64,000 bases of DNA from Saccostrea echinata. Its lineage: Eukaryota. The notes under the pieces were generated by a model. That model did no database searches. It had not been told where the DNA came from and saw only the letters and a list, made by a program, of their open reading frames with translations. Shown here piece after piece: positions 28,701 through 41,599 of this stretch. Position 1 is the first letter of the stretch, and each line of letters starts with the position of its first letter. Made by a program: the position numbers and the translations under genes. The stretch lies in assembly GCF_033153115.1 (NCBI RefSeq), contig NW_026889803.1:14198001-14262000 (forward strand). The letters are read 5' to 3'.

Positions 28701-31700
28701 ATTCTATTTAATTCACAACTTCAGCCATAGTTAACAAGAGCTGAAAGTCTAAGTCATCAATAGATAATCAATATTAAAGATTCACATGTCAGAATTAAGA
28801 AAGGTTTCTATTTATTAAACATCTACAGTTAAACTTCGTTATCTCGAAGTTGACGGGACCGTTGATGAACTTCGAGATATCCGAGGGTTCGAAATATCGA
28901 GGGTTATAATTCTAATGAACTTCAAATATACTTAGTGCAGTGAACATGCACTTAATAGTAGAAACATGTAAAATTCCTTTTTGTTTGAAATTTTGTATAT
29001 GATTTCTTTAATATACAATCATGTATTTAGCATTAAAAAGATTTTTACATCCTCTTTATAATTCACAAAATAAAAACTTTGTATAATATGCACAGAAGTA
29101 TAATCCTTCTACCAACCCGGCAAGTCAACCGCTAGCATCGTTTCCCATGTATACATAACTGGATATCATCTACACATTGTAAATTTAAAACCGGTCGCTG
29201 TCAGAATAATGCAAACGAAATATATATACATTTTTTTTATTGGAAAAACATGTTCATACATGTATAAACAGTTAAAAGAAAATATTTTACCGTAATAAAA
29301 TCAAATGCAAAAGAAGAAACACGCACTTTTGTCTAACTACAGAACAACGCTGAATCATAGGGCACTATAGCACAACTCAAGTTTTCACTGCGACACACGC
29401 TCACATGATGGTGTGTACTGACGATTGTAAATTCTGCGCACTCATATAGGGAAAATAAATTCTTATTGCATAAATTACAGAATTTTGTTTCACATTTAAT
29501 ATATAGCATTAAATAGCGATATCAACATAAAGTACCCCAGCCACAAAACAATTAACGTGTCATCCATGCATATGCATAAGACTAATACACACAACCTTTG
29601 GCCTGCATAATTAAAATCAGGGTAAGCCATACTTACACATGGTATAATTATCGCGCTATTATCTATTGATCACAGGAACACAGGTAACCCGTGCGTGACA
29701 GACAGGTGGTTGTTATCAATAGAGCATTCAGTTTACCTAACGGACTTGATCATCAGAGTGGAAAATTATCCTGACTTCGAGATAACGCATGTGATTTTAA
29801 TGAATGGGTACACAATTTTACTTCGAGATAACCTGGGTATTCGACATTACCGTGTTCGACATAGAGGGGTTTATTTTAATCATTTATAAAGCAAATTTCA
29901 CGAGACCGTGGCCTTACTTCGACATATCCGGGGTATTCGATATATCTGTGTTCGAGATTTCGAATTTTAGCTGTACTTACTTTGACCAATCCATCATCAC
30001 CACCACTGAACAAGATGTGGGAAGAGTTGTCAGCAAAGGCCACTGCATTCACATCATCATCGTGTGCATGAATCTGTGTAAGATTGTGGTACTTAATTAC
30101 AACTTTTCTCAACTATAAATTACTGGACAAAACAGCACACAAAATGTCACTAAAAGGATTCCCCTGAAGGATTTGGAACTCTATATGCCTTTGTTATTTT
30201 TAGAAATAGGTTGCACCTTCTTCCTTCAGCCACACCCTGGGCACCATACTGTGATCTTAGCAACGTGATCTTTGATCAAGATCATAACAAGTCAAACATT
30301 ATGACACAACATACATATATAAGAAAAATCCCAATTCAATTAAAGGTAACAAAGTTAAAACCCCGACAATTTTAAGAGCCAACATTTCACTGCACTTTAA
30401 CCTTGACTTTTGACCTTGACTGAGAATCATTTTTCTGGCTAGCCTTTAGATAATGCCTGAAAAAATTCTTAAGTTTGCATTCTTAGTAATAGATAGTACT
30501 AATTGATGATTTCCATATTAATTTTATGACCTAGGCATCAGTGAATCCCCACCCCTAAGCCAAGTGACCCTTGAAAAATTACTTTGAATGTAATTCATAG
30601 AGCAAAAGTGACATATTCTGGAGTATGTCATTTCTGACATTAATTAAAAGCATCACTGTAAAAAAAAAATTAAAATGATGGGCAATGGGGGAGAAAAAAT
30701 TCAACTTGAACTATATTTTCATTTTGACCTACATTTACATTCAGTACAGAATTAATCTGATTATAGGGTTAGTAGTGTATTTTAGGACAAAGGTCATACC
30801 GGTATATAAAAAAAAAACATTGTCTGCTACATTGAACTTTGTTGACCATTGATTTATAAACATACAGAGGTTATATTATAGAACAAGAATTCTAGACCTT
30901 CAGCACTTAAAATAGGTCAAATTACAGTACAAAAAAAAATCGTATCAAATTCTTTACAGGTACATATTTAATATTCAGTAATTTGCAAAGAACCTTGAGA
31001 GTTTAGCATAAAAATCAGCAGAGGAAATTCATATAATGTAGGTTTTAAAATTGCTGTCAATTTCTTTTTGAATAAATTGAAAAACTTATCTTATACATAT
31101 ACATAGTAAATATACACAAATACAGTTGAACTTTGGTATCTTGAACATTGATATCTCAAATACCATGCAAGTCATTTGTAAATCCCAACCACTTTTTCTT
31201 GAAGTATTTTACCCTCAATATCTCGAACCCTGGGATATCTTGAATTTTATCTTGGTCCCATTAAGTTCAAGATAACAAGGTTTGACTGTATATACACTTC
31301 AGAAAATGTACATACAAGTATATACATGTATCATTACCTTCAGAGTTCGTCTATTTTGCTCTCGGTCATAAACATACAGACAGCCGTCATTTGCTCTGAA
31401 ATGATTAAAATGTTTGTGAACATAAATATTTCTCCAGATGACATAAGATGTATTGCTCTGAAATAATTAAAATGTGAACTTAAAAATTTCTCAAGATAAA
31501 ATAAGATGTATCACAAAAAACAAAATCAGGCCAAATTTTGGGAACCCTCTGTATTTTGTAGGCTCAAAATTTCCACATGGTATACATTTACATCTTTACT
31601 ACCAATGCACTTTAGAAACCTTAACAATTTTACAAGTATCCTTCCTTTAAGGCTAAAGGGCTTGTTTTAGATAACGGTGAAATGTTCAGACTACGAGCTC

Positions 31701-34700
31701 TAAAGTTTCCAATTACTCTGAAATCACTAATTTTCGTGGGGGTAAATTTTCGTTGTTTTCGTGTTAGGGAGTGATCATCGAATTCATATTAAACTTAAGA
31801 TATAATTCATGTACATTTCTTCAACCACAAAATCAAATCTCCACAAACCTACATTTTTTTCCTCGAACCACAAAAATTTGACCCCATGAAAATCAGTTAT
31901 TTTACAGTGTGCTCAGGAGACTTTTTTTTCTTGTTTTGCAATTTAAACAAAAAAAGGAAAGTCTGCTTCAGATTCTTACCCTCCTAATATTTCAGTGTTA
32001 TCTGATGAAAATGTCATGGAGAAAATGGCAAAACTATGGTCTCCTGGCATTAAAGGCAGAGGAATGTGTGTGTCATAATCCCCATGAATGTTGCATAGAT
32101 GAACTATGAAAATGAAAATATAATCAGTACATTAAAATTCACCTTTCACTTCTTATCAGTTTGAATATTAGTAGTTTAAAAGCTGAGTGTACGAAACTTG
32201 CTTTGATGAACAAGAATTACAAAAGAATTTTTTCTCAATTTTTTTTTTTTAAATTGGTTTTCATTAAAAATCAAATGTATGTCAATGGATTATCTAATAT
32301 TTTTAAAAGAAAACATCACACAGAGTTGAACTAATATCATAACAATGTAAACTCACTAGCATCAGACCAACTTGAGTATATCAGGTAATTCCCATCAGGG
32401 CTGCAAAGGAGAAAACTTTTTGTGAGCCTTTTTGATTTTATAAAAATTACTTCTACCTGGTAAATACTGCACTTTTATTTAACAATACTATTAAAAAAAA
32501 CATTTTGGGACATACCAGGTATACATAAGATAATATCACTTACTTCTTCATGTAACCTGGGAGTCTTAAAATGCATTTTGCATAAAGTAAACAATCACAA
32601 ATAATTTTCCATTGATTAAAAAAATAGCAAACATCCTTTCAATAAAATAAATTCCAGTAAAACTTGTCTATTATCTCAATGTTATGTACTGGTATTCCAA
32701 AATCTTGCCTAATACAATCTAAACTTTAAATCTCTTTCAGTTAATTCAATTGTTTAAAATGTTGTCTAATCAGGAATGTTGTCTAATCCAGCCAATTTCT
32801 ATGGGACCAGTGGTGTCTAAGATTAGACAAGTTTTACTGTATATCAATAAGTTACTGTGTATGATCTTCATATGTCATAAGCTGTTAGTAGCCATGTTAC
32901 CTGAATGCTGTATCTAGGACACTCCAGCCCACATCTCTAGCTCGGATTGTTTTAATGAGATCAAATCGGCCTTCCCTTGTATCATATATCCTGATATTTT
33001 GATCTGTTTTGTATAAAAAAAAAAGTCAGTGTTTAGCAATCCGAATTTTCAATGGTTCCTCAATATTTAAGAAATTTTAAAAGAACATAAATCAGCATGC
33101 ATGTACATTCAAATAAAATCCATGACTTGTAAAAGGAAAATTTTGTCATATGACACACCCCCTACCTTGCGAAGCTGACAGAAATATATTGCCATCCTTA
33201 GAGAAGGTGCCACAGAAAGCTTTGTTTCGGAAGTTGGCGACTGTTTTCATCTGATTTGGCAAATACCTGTGAAAAAAGAATATTCCACTGAATCCAATGA
33301 AGCAAAGTAAAATTAAAACTAAGTCCTCCGGTTGAAAATCCCAATCATTACCATGTTGAACAAAAATAAGAAATATGGTTGAATCAATTTTCATCAATTT
33401 AAAAAATGCAGCAGAAACTAAAGATGCCCTAATGGGTCTTATATACCCTACTAGAACACAATCAAGACATATATCTCACTAAGTATCCAATGCTCCATAT
33501 TTGCAAGTTTGGTTTGGGTACACCTTGAGATGAGCCAAAAATTGACCTAAATGCCGAGTTTAACCTTGTGTCTATATACAAAAGGATGGACATATTGGCA
33601 TCATGATTCAAAAATACCCCCCCCCCCCCTTAAAAACCTGTTTTTTGGGATGGATGGGTTATGTAATTAGTTAATGCAGCTTGTATTCACCTATACTGTT
33701 TTGGGACAGTGAGAATTCATTAATTTGATCTCTGACACATCCATTCATTTCCTATCAGACCATTCTTTACTTACTGACAATTAATAATCCTCTGATCCTC
33801 CAGTGTAAACTGCTGCTTCTTGTTTCTACCATGCTCTCGCTAGACAGAAATCAAACTAAGTAAGAATCACAAAACTTATCCCCTCCTTTACTGAATAACA
33901 TTATGATGTACAGTCAAACCTCGTCATCTCAAACTTGATTGGACCAAGGAAATACTTCGAGATATGCAAAGATTCGAGATATCTAGGGTAAAATACTTAA
34001 GAAATAAGCGTTTGGGACTACCAATTCACTTGGACATATCCATGGTATTTGAGATATCAGTGTTCCAGATAGCGAAGTTCAACTGTATTAGGTTTAAGAT
34101 GAGACAAAAATGCATAAAAAATCTCGAAACAGTATAAATGTTCAAACAGAAAAGCCGACATCATTTCATGAAAACTATCACTGAAAATATTAGCACCAAA
34201 CATTGATGAAAGTCACATAAAAATTTCAATTACAGAAAATCATACTACTTGTAAAATAAAACTTCACATACACTTTGTAACATATGAAGAACTGTGGGCT
34301 TCATTTTTCTTCTGAAGGCTCGTCCTGATGCCTTCATTATCTCCTGCCTTAAGTCACTCATCTGAAAGGAGACATTGACCACTGTACAACTGTCACGTTT
34401 AAAATTAACAACATTTTCTCTTCAAGAATTTGATGAACCAATTTGATACTTACATCTATTTCTGCTGTGTCTGGGTGAGGGTCCTCTATAAAGGAAAAAA
34501 ATCTGTCATGATGAAAAATGTACAGTAATAGTAAATCTGGCTTATAGTGAAGTGCCAGGGATGAACAATTTTGATTCATTACAAACGTAATTCCTTACAC
34601 TATTAGTAACCTTTAGGGGAATAAAAATCACTTCATTGTATTGAATGAATTCATTATGAGTGTATTCGCTATAATCATGTATTACAGTAATAGTAAAATT

Positions 34701-37700
34701 TCCTAAATTTTACTTGTACATTGAGGGTTCATTAATACTTTTTAAATTGACCCATTCTTATTCAATGAATAAAAAAATATATAACTCAATTTTTAATTTG
34801 AAAAATTCCAAAACATAGGGAAAAATTTTTTTCCAGATTCCATCAATGTGATTATTCTTCACGGGGTCTATTACCATTTGTCTATACCTTGAATCATGCA
34901 CTATAAAGTTTGTACATTTGGAGTGAAGGGGGACAATGATCCCCCCCCCCCCTCAAAAAAAATTAGATACATGTGTTTATAAAAAGTTAGCTTTATTAAC
35001 AAGAGCCCAAGGAACTCAATAATTACCAAAATACATGTATAATATAACCCTATGAAGGATCCATAGAATTCAATAATTATACAATAAAGCTAAATAAACA
35101 CATAGAGGAAGAAATTTTGTTCAAAAGAGGCCTAATGGGGGGGGGGGGGGGGGGAGGGGGGTCAAGGATTGTCAAAATAGTAAAGTTAGGAATGGTAACC
35201 TTAATTTTTTTTATAGATATTTTATTCCATTCAAGATATGATCTGTGGAAGGGGGGGGGGGGGTATTATAGGCAAGACATTAAACCTAACTTCCTAGAAA
35301 AAACTCAATATCAATGGAATGGAAGCTACTGTATGTGTACTTAAAAAGGTGGGCCTATATTTTAATGGCTTTGGCATGGACAAAAATGCACTAATTCATG
35401 AATACCGTTAATAAATCATTTATAAATACAATATAGGGCACACTCATGTGTACCGCTTATTTATGATTACGCCAACCACTCAATACCCACTGATTATGCT
35501 AAATTTTGAATACACCAATTTTAATATTTACACGTAAAGTAATTAAGAAAATATCCTAAGACAAAAACTTTGCTGAAATATTAATTTCCTTGCATGTGTG
35601 CATGCCACTGTTAACTGAATCAATTAAACACCCATTTATTGATACAACATGCACAAATTGTCACTATCACAAATCTTAACAACACAACAGTGTTTAAGCA
35701 TGAATGCTCTATACTCTACATAGATTGTAATATTGATCATTCACTGCATCATTCACCAAGAACAAATCTCATTTATACCTCCTTTCTTTTTGCCTCTTTT
35801 AGAATATAAGGAAGCTCTAAACAGAATTAAATTCTTGGGACTTTAAGAAAAATTATACGGTATCATAAAAAGTGCACACATACTGAGTTTCATTACTTCA
35901 TTTTCAACTGATGGTACATGCCACGTTTCCCAAGGACATATGTTCAAAGACAGTGAAGTGTTAGTGAACAGAAATCACTGTTGCTTGCTAGCATTGGGAA
36001 AAAAAATTAACACTTTAAATTGGTCTACTACAATGATTATAACAACTAAGTCAGTCAACCATACAATTCTTCTTCACTCTCCCAGCATTACAGTCCCCCT
36101 ACAAATTTCCAATGAAGCATTTAAAGCCTACTTAATCAATATTTTAAGTACAAAGTATTAGTTATCTAATTCTAATGTTTATTTATTTATTACTAGCAAG
36201 TCTATATGACATTAAAAATATAAAAAGTATTTTTTGTATTATGGATTAAAATTTCTTGTATAATTCTTTTATTGAAATGACCTATCAAGCATGTTATTTA
36301 CAGTGACTTATTTTCATAGGTGAATAAGTAAAGGGTAATAACTGAGGAAGGTGGATAGAACCTAAATGTCAAGAAGCTTAGCAAATTCTGAAAAACTGCT
36401 TTGATGGGAGAATACATGAATGGAAGTACACAAGGTTGGAATAACACAGACAGAAATTACGGGATTAAACTAATGTATTTCATATTGGGCATAATAAATT
36501 TATAAGGGCTGGGGGTTTGGGGTGGGATTATAACAGTATTCAATTTCTTCAAAGATTGCACCATTTCTTAGCTTTTAGGTGGAGAAGGGAGCAGAGGTCA
36601 TGAATTTCAAAATTTTTGTAACCTTTCCCCTTCATATTTTACATACCAAACATTGTAATAAGTTTAGCCTGATAGTTTCAGAAAAGTTGAAAATGTTCAA
36701 AAGTCAACAAATGATGGATAACGAAAGATGACACTGATTGCAAGAGGTCACCTGAGTGATTCAAGTGACTTAATAAAAGAGAAAGTAACAATTTTAAAAA
36801 AAAAAACCTTAAAAAGATGCAACACCAACATTTTTGCATTTTTATTAACACATACACACTAGAATCAAAAAGTATTATATAAAGACACAATTTAATAAAA
36901 GGAAATTTGTGCTAAATTGCAACTCCACTCACAGGGCTAGAATTTTTTTTTTTACGGGTCACTTGGGCTATAACCTTAATTTTTTACTGGTCATCTCAGT
37001 ACTTTCACTGTCCCACTGGGCCTGTAGATTTTAAAAGACTGACCCCAAACCATAAAATTAATAGTAATATTTTGTTTATATAGTTACTTATTACATGTAG
37101 TGCAACTTTCCAAAGCAAGAAATGGAAGAACTTGGACGCACAACCCTGTCAAGTTAACTAGCCTGACCATGGATGAATTTTGTTATGCATAAAAAAAAAA
37201 AAAAAACACTGGCCCAAAGGGCACATGCCCTCTACAATATACTAGCCCAGATGAAAAATCTACTGGCCCCAGACCAGCAGGCCATCAATTATTTCGAGCA
37301 CTCAGCGGAAATGACACTGAAGTAAGTACACCCTGCTGGCCACAAAAAAAAATCACATATTGTCACAAAAGGGGTTTCATTGCTGCACCCACTTCTACAA
37401 ACTTAGGATAAGACAAATATTATACAATAATTGTATTGTGAATTTCTACCTAGTGGAGGTTGAGCTGTGCCATAAAAATTGCATCCATCAGAATCACTGT
37501 CTTTTCCTTCTACATCATCTTCATCATTGGTGAGAATTCTAACTTGGCCACTACAAGAAAATCATAAATCATATTAAATTCGCATGTCACTTGCTTAATG
37601 AATCTTAACTACAATTTTCATTCATGATTTTTGCAATAAATTTTATTTCAAAAATATTAAAAATAAAACTCTTTTAGTATATATATTTACATATATATAA

Positions 37701-39704
37701 TTATGTTATAAATCTAAGAAGTAATTCATAGAAACTGCTGACTGATACTTCTTCTTACAGGTTAATAAATATTTTATTGGAAAAATATATGACTAACAAC
37801 ACTCCCCCCCCCTCCTTGAGTTTAACATGAGTCACTGGAGCATAACATGTAGGTCAAATGCAACATCTGAAGCATGTATCACAATACTTATACATGTATA
37901 ACGATGCAACACACATCTATAAGTTTGATATACATGTATCTTGAGGTTAACTGAAAAGTGACCTACATGATAAACTTAACTCAGTGATTGTGAAGGCCAT
38001 GAAGTCAATGGAACTATGGCGCAACTGTCAAAATTTTTAATGGGCCATTTTAAAAATAAATGGGCCACCTATATATTCATTTTTAAGGAATAACAAAATA
38101 ACAAACAAATATGAAAGAAAACGTTTTTTATCAATCATAGCTATTTTTTCATGTATGCAGTGCAGAACTTGCATGTTTACAATAATTTATGGGTATTTTT
38201 GGATCAATAATGTTAAAATATGGATTAAGCATTGGAAATAGTGAGGTAATGTACCTTTGTTGTCCTATATTAAATATTAAGTGCTTCATATAACAGGAAG
38301 CAGTTTTTGATGGGTTTTAATTAAAATGACTGCATTTAAAACAAAAGTAAAACAAGTAAGAAAGTCGTACGCAAAATGTTTCCAACTAACATTGCTAAAA
38401 ATTGAATGGGCACCTTGGCGCTGCCAACAGTTGATTTAAAGCACCAATTTATACAGTGCTTCAATGAGTCCATGGTGCATGGCACAAGTCTTTCCCAATC
38501 ACTGCTTAACTACATGTATGTGTCTACAGGCAAACAGATGCATGAACAGACAGACATGATGATTCCAGTAAATCTGCCCTAACACTTTTTTGCTGGGGGC
38601 AAAAATACATATATCTGATAAGCTAACAAATAAATTTCCTATGAAAAATGAACCAAATTGGTGTAACCTTGAGCCATTGAATACATTCTTTTAAACAGGG
38701 CACTATTTGGGACATACACATAGTGAAACAACACGCATATCAATGATATTTATAAGAAATTAAATCTCAAATGCATCCTATGAATTTTGCTTAACTGTTC
38801 TGAACATTGCTTAGTCTACTGCAACTTAATAAGTGAAATAGTTAACACTTCATTTTTCTTTTTATATGAAAATTCCATAAAAGACTTTTTAGAAAACGTG
38901 TGGTTTTGATCGAACCATAATGTTTGTAGGCTTTGAAGATGGACAAGCTACTAGGGCTGGGACGATACTGAACTTAGCCGATCCGATACATATCATGATA
39001 CCTTAGGTGCGATACGATACATATCACGATACATTTAAAACCAAATAAAACTAGAAATTTTTTTTAGAACATTTAATTTGGAACATAACAATGTATGAAA
39101 ATAAACTAATTCAACAAATGAACTGTGAATTCAAGTTTCTTGACTCAAATTACAGTCAATTATATTAAAATTAATCAGAAATCTTTAGTTAATTTAATAT
39201 AATCCGGCGTGTCTGACGCCATTTTGACACTTATATCTTGAATTCTGTATCAGCAAGACGTTTGTACTTTATTTGTGTTTGTTTAAACGTCTTGATGATA
39301 CAGACTAAAGGACTAAAAATTTCGAATTCTAAAGCCCGGACATTTTTGGAAATTAAAAAAAAAGTGCGGTCAGGTATCGTGATACTAAATTAGATGAATC
39401 GATCTGTAGATCGTCAAAGTGAATACTGTGATGCATCGGTGCACCGGTGGATCGTCCCACTCCTACAAGCTACAGCTAAAGAATAGAACAGTAACAATTC
39501 CTGCAAAGCCCAGTCACATGTCTGAGGTAACAGGGCCTTTAACAATTAAGACTTCTTATGAATATACACCTTGACCTACCTACGAATGAGGAAAGCTAGA
39601 ATTGCCTGTAGATCGGGGGACTCTTCATGGTCACTTGTCGAAGGCTCAACTTCAGGTTCAGAGACATTCATCCTAGGTTGGCGTGACGAGTTATTGGCCC
39701 CCAT
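20558..39704 (-). CDS. DCAF11: DDB1- and CUL4-associated factor 11 (WDR23), ~539 aa. Coding exons 39704-39580, 37550-37450, 34485-34454, 34361-34272, 33839-33775, 33266-33166, 33003-32901, 32400-32357, 32103-31980, 31395-31338, 30073-29981, 28681-28589, 27126-27037, 24635-24572, 24412-24260, 22905-22799, 20734-20558
   Basis: Motifs collinear with DCAF11: DLQAILAFLIRSGQVRI, KAFCGTFSKDG, ARDVGWSVLD, AHDDDVNAVAFAD, VWDRRTLRE, GDARYLLSNSKDQSIKLWDVR, WDYRWQ, GDSSVMTYRGH..LHTLIRC, RDVSWHP, WDGTVKKW. All 16 introns are GT-AG with matching phases (total 1620 nt). Confidence 0.93.
21082..22784 (+). mobile_element. HINE-like element carrying a ~167-bp satellite array
   Basis: Starts AACAAGAGGCCCAAGGGCCTT. 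The anchor CCAGAAC recurs at 21733, 21909, 22076, 22237 and 22405. (GAC)n microsatellite, terminal hairpin TAGGTCACCTGAG-TGA-CTCAGGTGATCTA, then an A run. Confidence 0.85.
24965..26387 (+). mobile_element. HINE-like element carrying a 147-bp tandem array
   Basis: Starts AACTAGAA. Subterminal AGCTCACCTCAATGAA (~25143) is inverted relative to the 3' hairpin arm TTCGTTGAGGTGAGCT. The anchor GGTCACTCA recurs at 25415, 25562, 25709, 25856 and 26003. Confidence 0.85.
27145..28525 (+). mobile_element. HINE-like element carrying nine ~146/107-bp monomers rich in AGGTCA
   Basis: 5' AACTAGAAATATGTCCGTAGGACAT-GAATGCCCCGCC. (GGAC/GACG)n microsatellite near 28435-28476. 3' hairpin ATGCCCCGGCC...GGCGGGGCAT plus A run. 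Monomer anchors at 27226, 27339, 27485, 27592, 27738, 27845, 27991, 28136, 28283. Confidence 0.88.
28826..29973 (+). mobile_element. Long (1148 bp) non-autonomous Tc1/mariner-type element, family A
   Basis: TA|CAGTTAAACTTCGTTATCTCGAA ... TTCGAGATTTCGAATTTTAGCTG|TA, subterminal TTCGA(G/C)ATA repeats, no transposase ORF. Confidence 0.8.
31123..31288 (-). mobile_element. Family A MITE copy
   Basis: Reverse-complement match to 17908-18082, flanked by TA. Confidence 0.75.
33911..34085 (+). mobile_element. Family A MITE copy
   Basis: TA|CAGTCAAACCTCGTCATCTC...GAAGTTCAACTG|TA. Confidence 0.75.
37982..38504. mobile_element. Non-autonomous TIR element with 7-bp target duplication, nested in a decayed HINE
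   Basis: TIR CAGTGATTG/CAATCACTG, with CTTAACT on both sides (37975-37981 and 38505-38511). Confidence 0.7.
38952..39465. mobile_element. hAT-type MITE with perfect 8-bp target duplication
   Basis: TIR TAGGGCTGGGACGAT / ATCGTCCCACTCCTA. CAAGCTAC at 38944-38951 and 39466-39473. Subterminal CGATA repeats. Confidence 0.88.
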
Positions 39705-41219
39705 ATAATCATTACTGATATCCAGAGGAAAAACTAAACTAGAAAGAAAAAAATACACAAAAAATTACACTCTTAGTTTAAATTCCATTCACATTTAATA
39801 AAATCTTAAGTGCAAAATAAAAGTTTTTGAATGAAATCAAAAATATACTTATTATTCGAACAGTATTGATAATTTCGATGTTCTTTGTGTAACATACTTT
39901 TTTTAATATCTTTATATAATGCATACACTGTGGGATACTGTGTTCATTTTACGCAGTTACTCGGACAAAGATCATATATGTTCTTGGGAGAACAATGACC
40001 TCCTTATGCAACCCCAAGTTGTGACATAAAATGTGACAAAAATTAATAAGTTTACATGATTGGTGAAACAAAACAGAAAAATATAAACATTAAAAACTGT
40101 CATGGTTGCTGCATACACACAATATGCAACTGCAACCAGTTGTACAATAGTATAATAAAAAATATCTGGAGCATTGCCAAATTATTTTATATCTTTCAGA
40201 AAGGGAAAAAAATAAGAGAAAACTTACAGTATTTTATAAGCAAGTAAAAATCCAATACACAACTTAGTGCTATTTTATTCAAACACAATATAGCATTATA
40301 TAGGTCACATCAGCTGTTTTCACCCAGTCGACCAAGGTTGTTCTGAATACTGCTCCTTTATTAACAGGGCAATGAATATATGTCAAAATATGGAACTGCT
40401 GTGTTGTCTTAAGTACTTAATCATATTTTCACTGTATAATCCTGAATAACTCTAAATACATTTTCTCAAACATCTCAGTTGTTGAAGGCACCTTATCATG
40501 ATAATTGGTTGATAGAGTAGTACTGCAGTTACATAACAACATTCATGTAATTCAATCTGTGTAAGCTCTAATGTGTGTGGTATTTATAACTACCGATATC
40601 AGGAATGTGATTGATATCACAACCAACATTAAACTTTGCAAACATTAATTTATAATCATTGGAATTACTTAATGAACACTCTGATCAAGTTTATAGGTAA
40701 CATACATCTTATATAATTTTCTGACAATGGGTTTTTTGCTTTTTTCAATTAGACCTATATATCTGACTGTAACTGTAAAAATTTGTAAAATTAGTCCAAT
40801 AGATTTATAAACATAGCAACATAAATACCAAGTGCATGGAAATCTCTACACTTTACGTCTCTTTCTTCCTTAATTTGATGCGTCATTGTTACTAGCTTTA
40901 TTACAAAACTTAGTCGTCTTACAGTTGAGTGAACCTAAAAGGTTGTGACCTAGTTCTTGGAAAAGAAATTTGCAATGATTGTTGCTCAGTTAATCTAATG
41001 CATTATTTGGTATGATCTTTAAAGCATCACTTTGGGCTGTCAACACATATTAAAAAGAGAAGGTCAGAATATGTGACAATAACCTAACTAACCTCCGTCA
41101 TTTTTCCATTTTTAACAACACTTGTTAACTCGATCCACAAATAGTCGTATTCAGCACAGCGTGACCGAGACTCGCAGATTGCTTTGCTCACATGATGGTA
41201 TCACTTTTATTTTGTTAAT

Positions 41220-41488
41220 GCGCGGATCTAGAGGGGGGGGGGGGCTGGGGGTCCGAACCCCCCAGAATTTGCAGAGTTATTAAATGTATATACTGAAGCA
41301 AAGAAAAATGGCTTTCCTCCTTTAGAAAAACTTTTAGAAAAACCCCACCAACATCGCCACGAACTAGGTTTTTTCACGTTTGGGAATGGAATTTTTTTTT
41401 TCTTGGACTTGTTAAGAAATTTTCTGGGTTTGATACGATTTGGAAAAGAGTTTATGGTTTTTCTTTTTATTTCTTGGATCTGCGCCTG
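41220..41488. mobile_element. MITE with GCGCGGATC termini (PIF/Harbinger-like); related decayed copy at ~43195-43374
   Basis: GCGCGGATCTAGAGGGG... at the left end and ...CTTGGATCTGCGCCTG at the right end. Confidence 0.5.
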
Positions 41489-41599
41489 CAGTTGGTTACT
41501 TAGCAAGTCAAAATGTGTAATTGAATTCAAGATCGAGAAAATGACTGGAGTTAGAAAATAATACACCCTCATGACGTTTTCATACTCATGTATTACATA

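Noticed and set aside
41093-41180. Upstream coding exon for DCAF11 (ATG ACG GAG|GTTAGT on the minus strand)
   Set aside because: None of the acceptors before 39704 puts it in frame. It may be a non-coding first exon with uORFs, but I cannot support that without transcripts.
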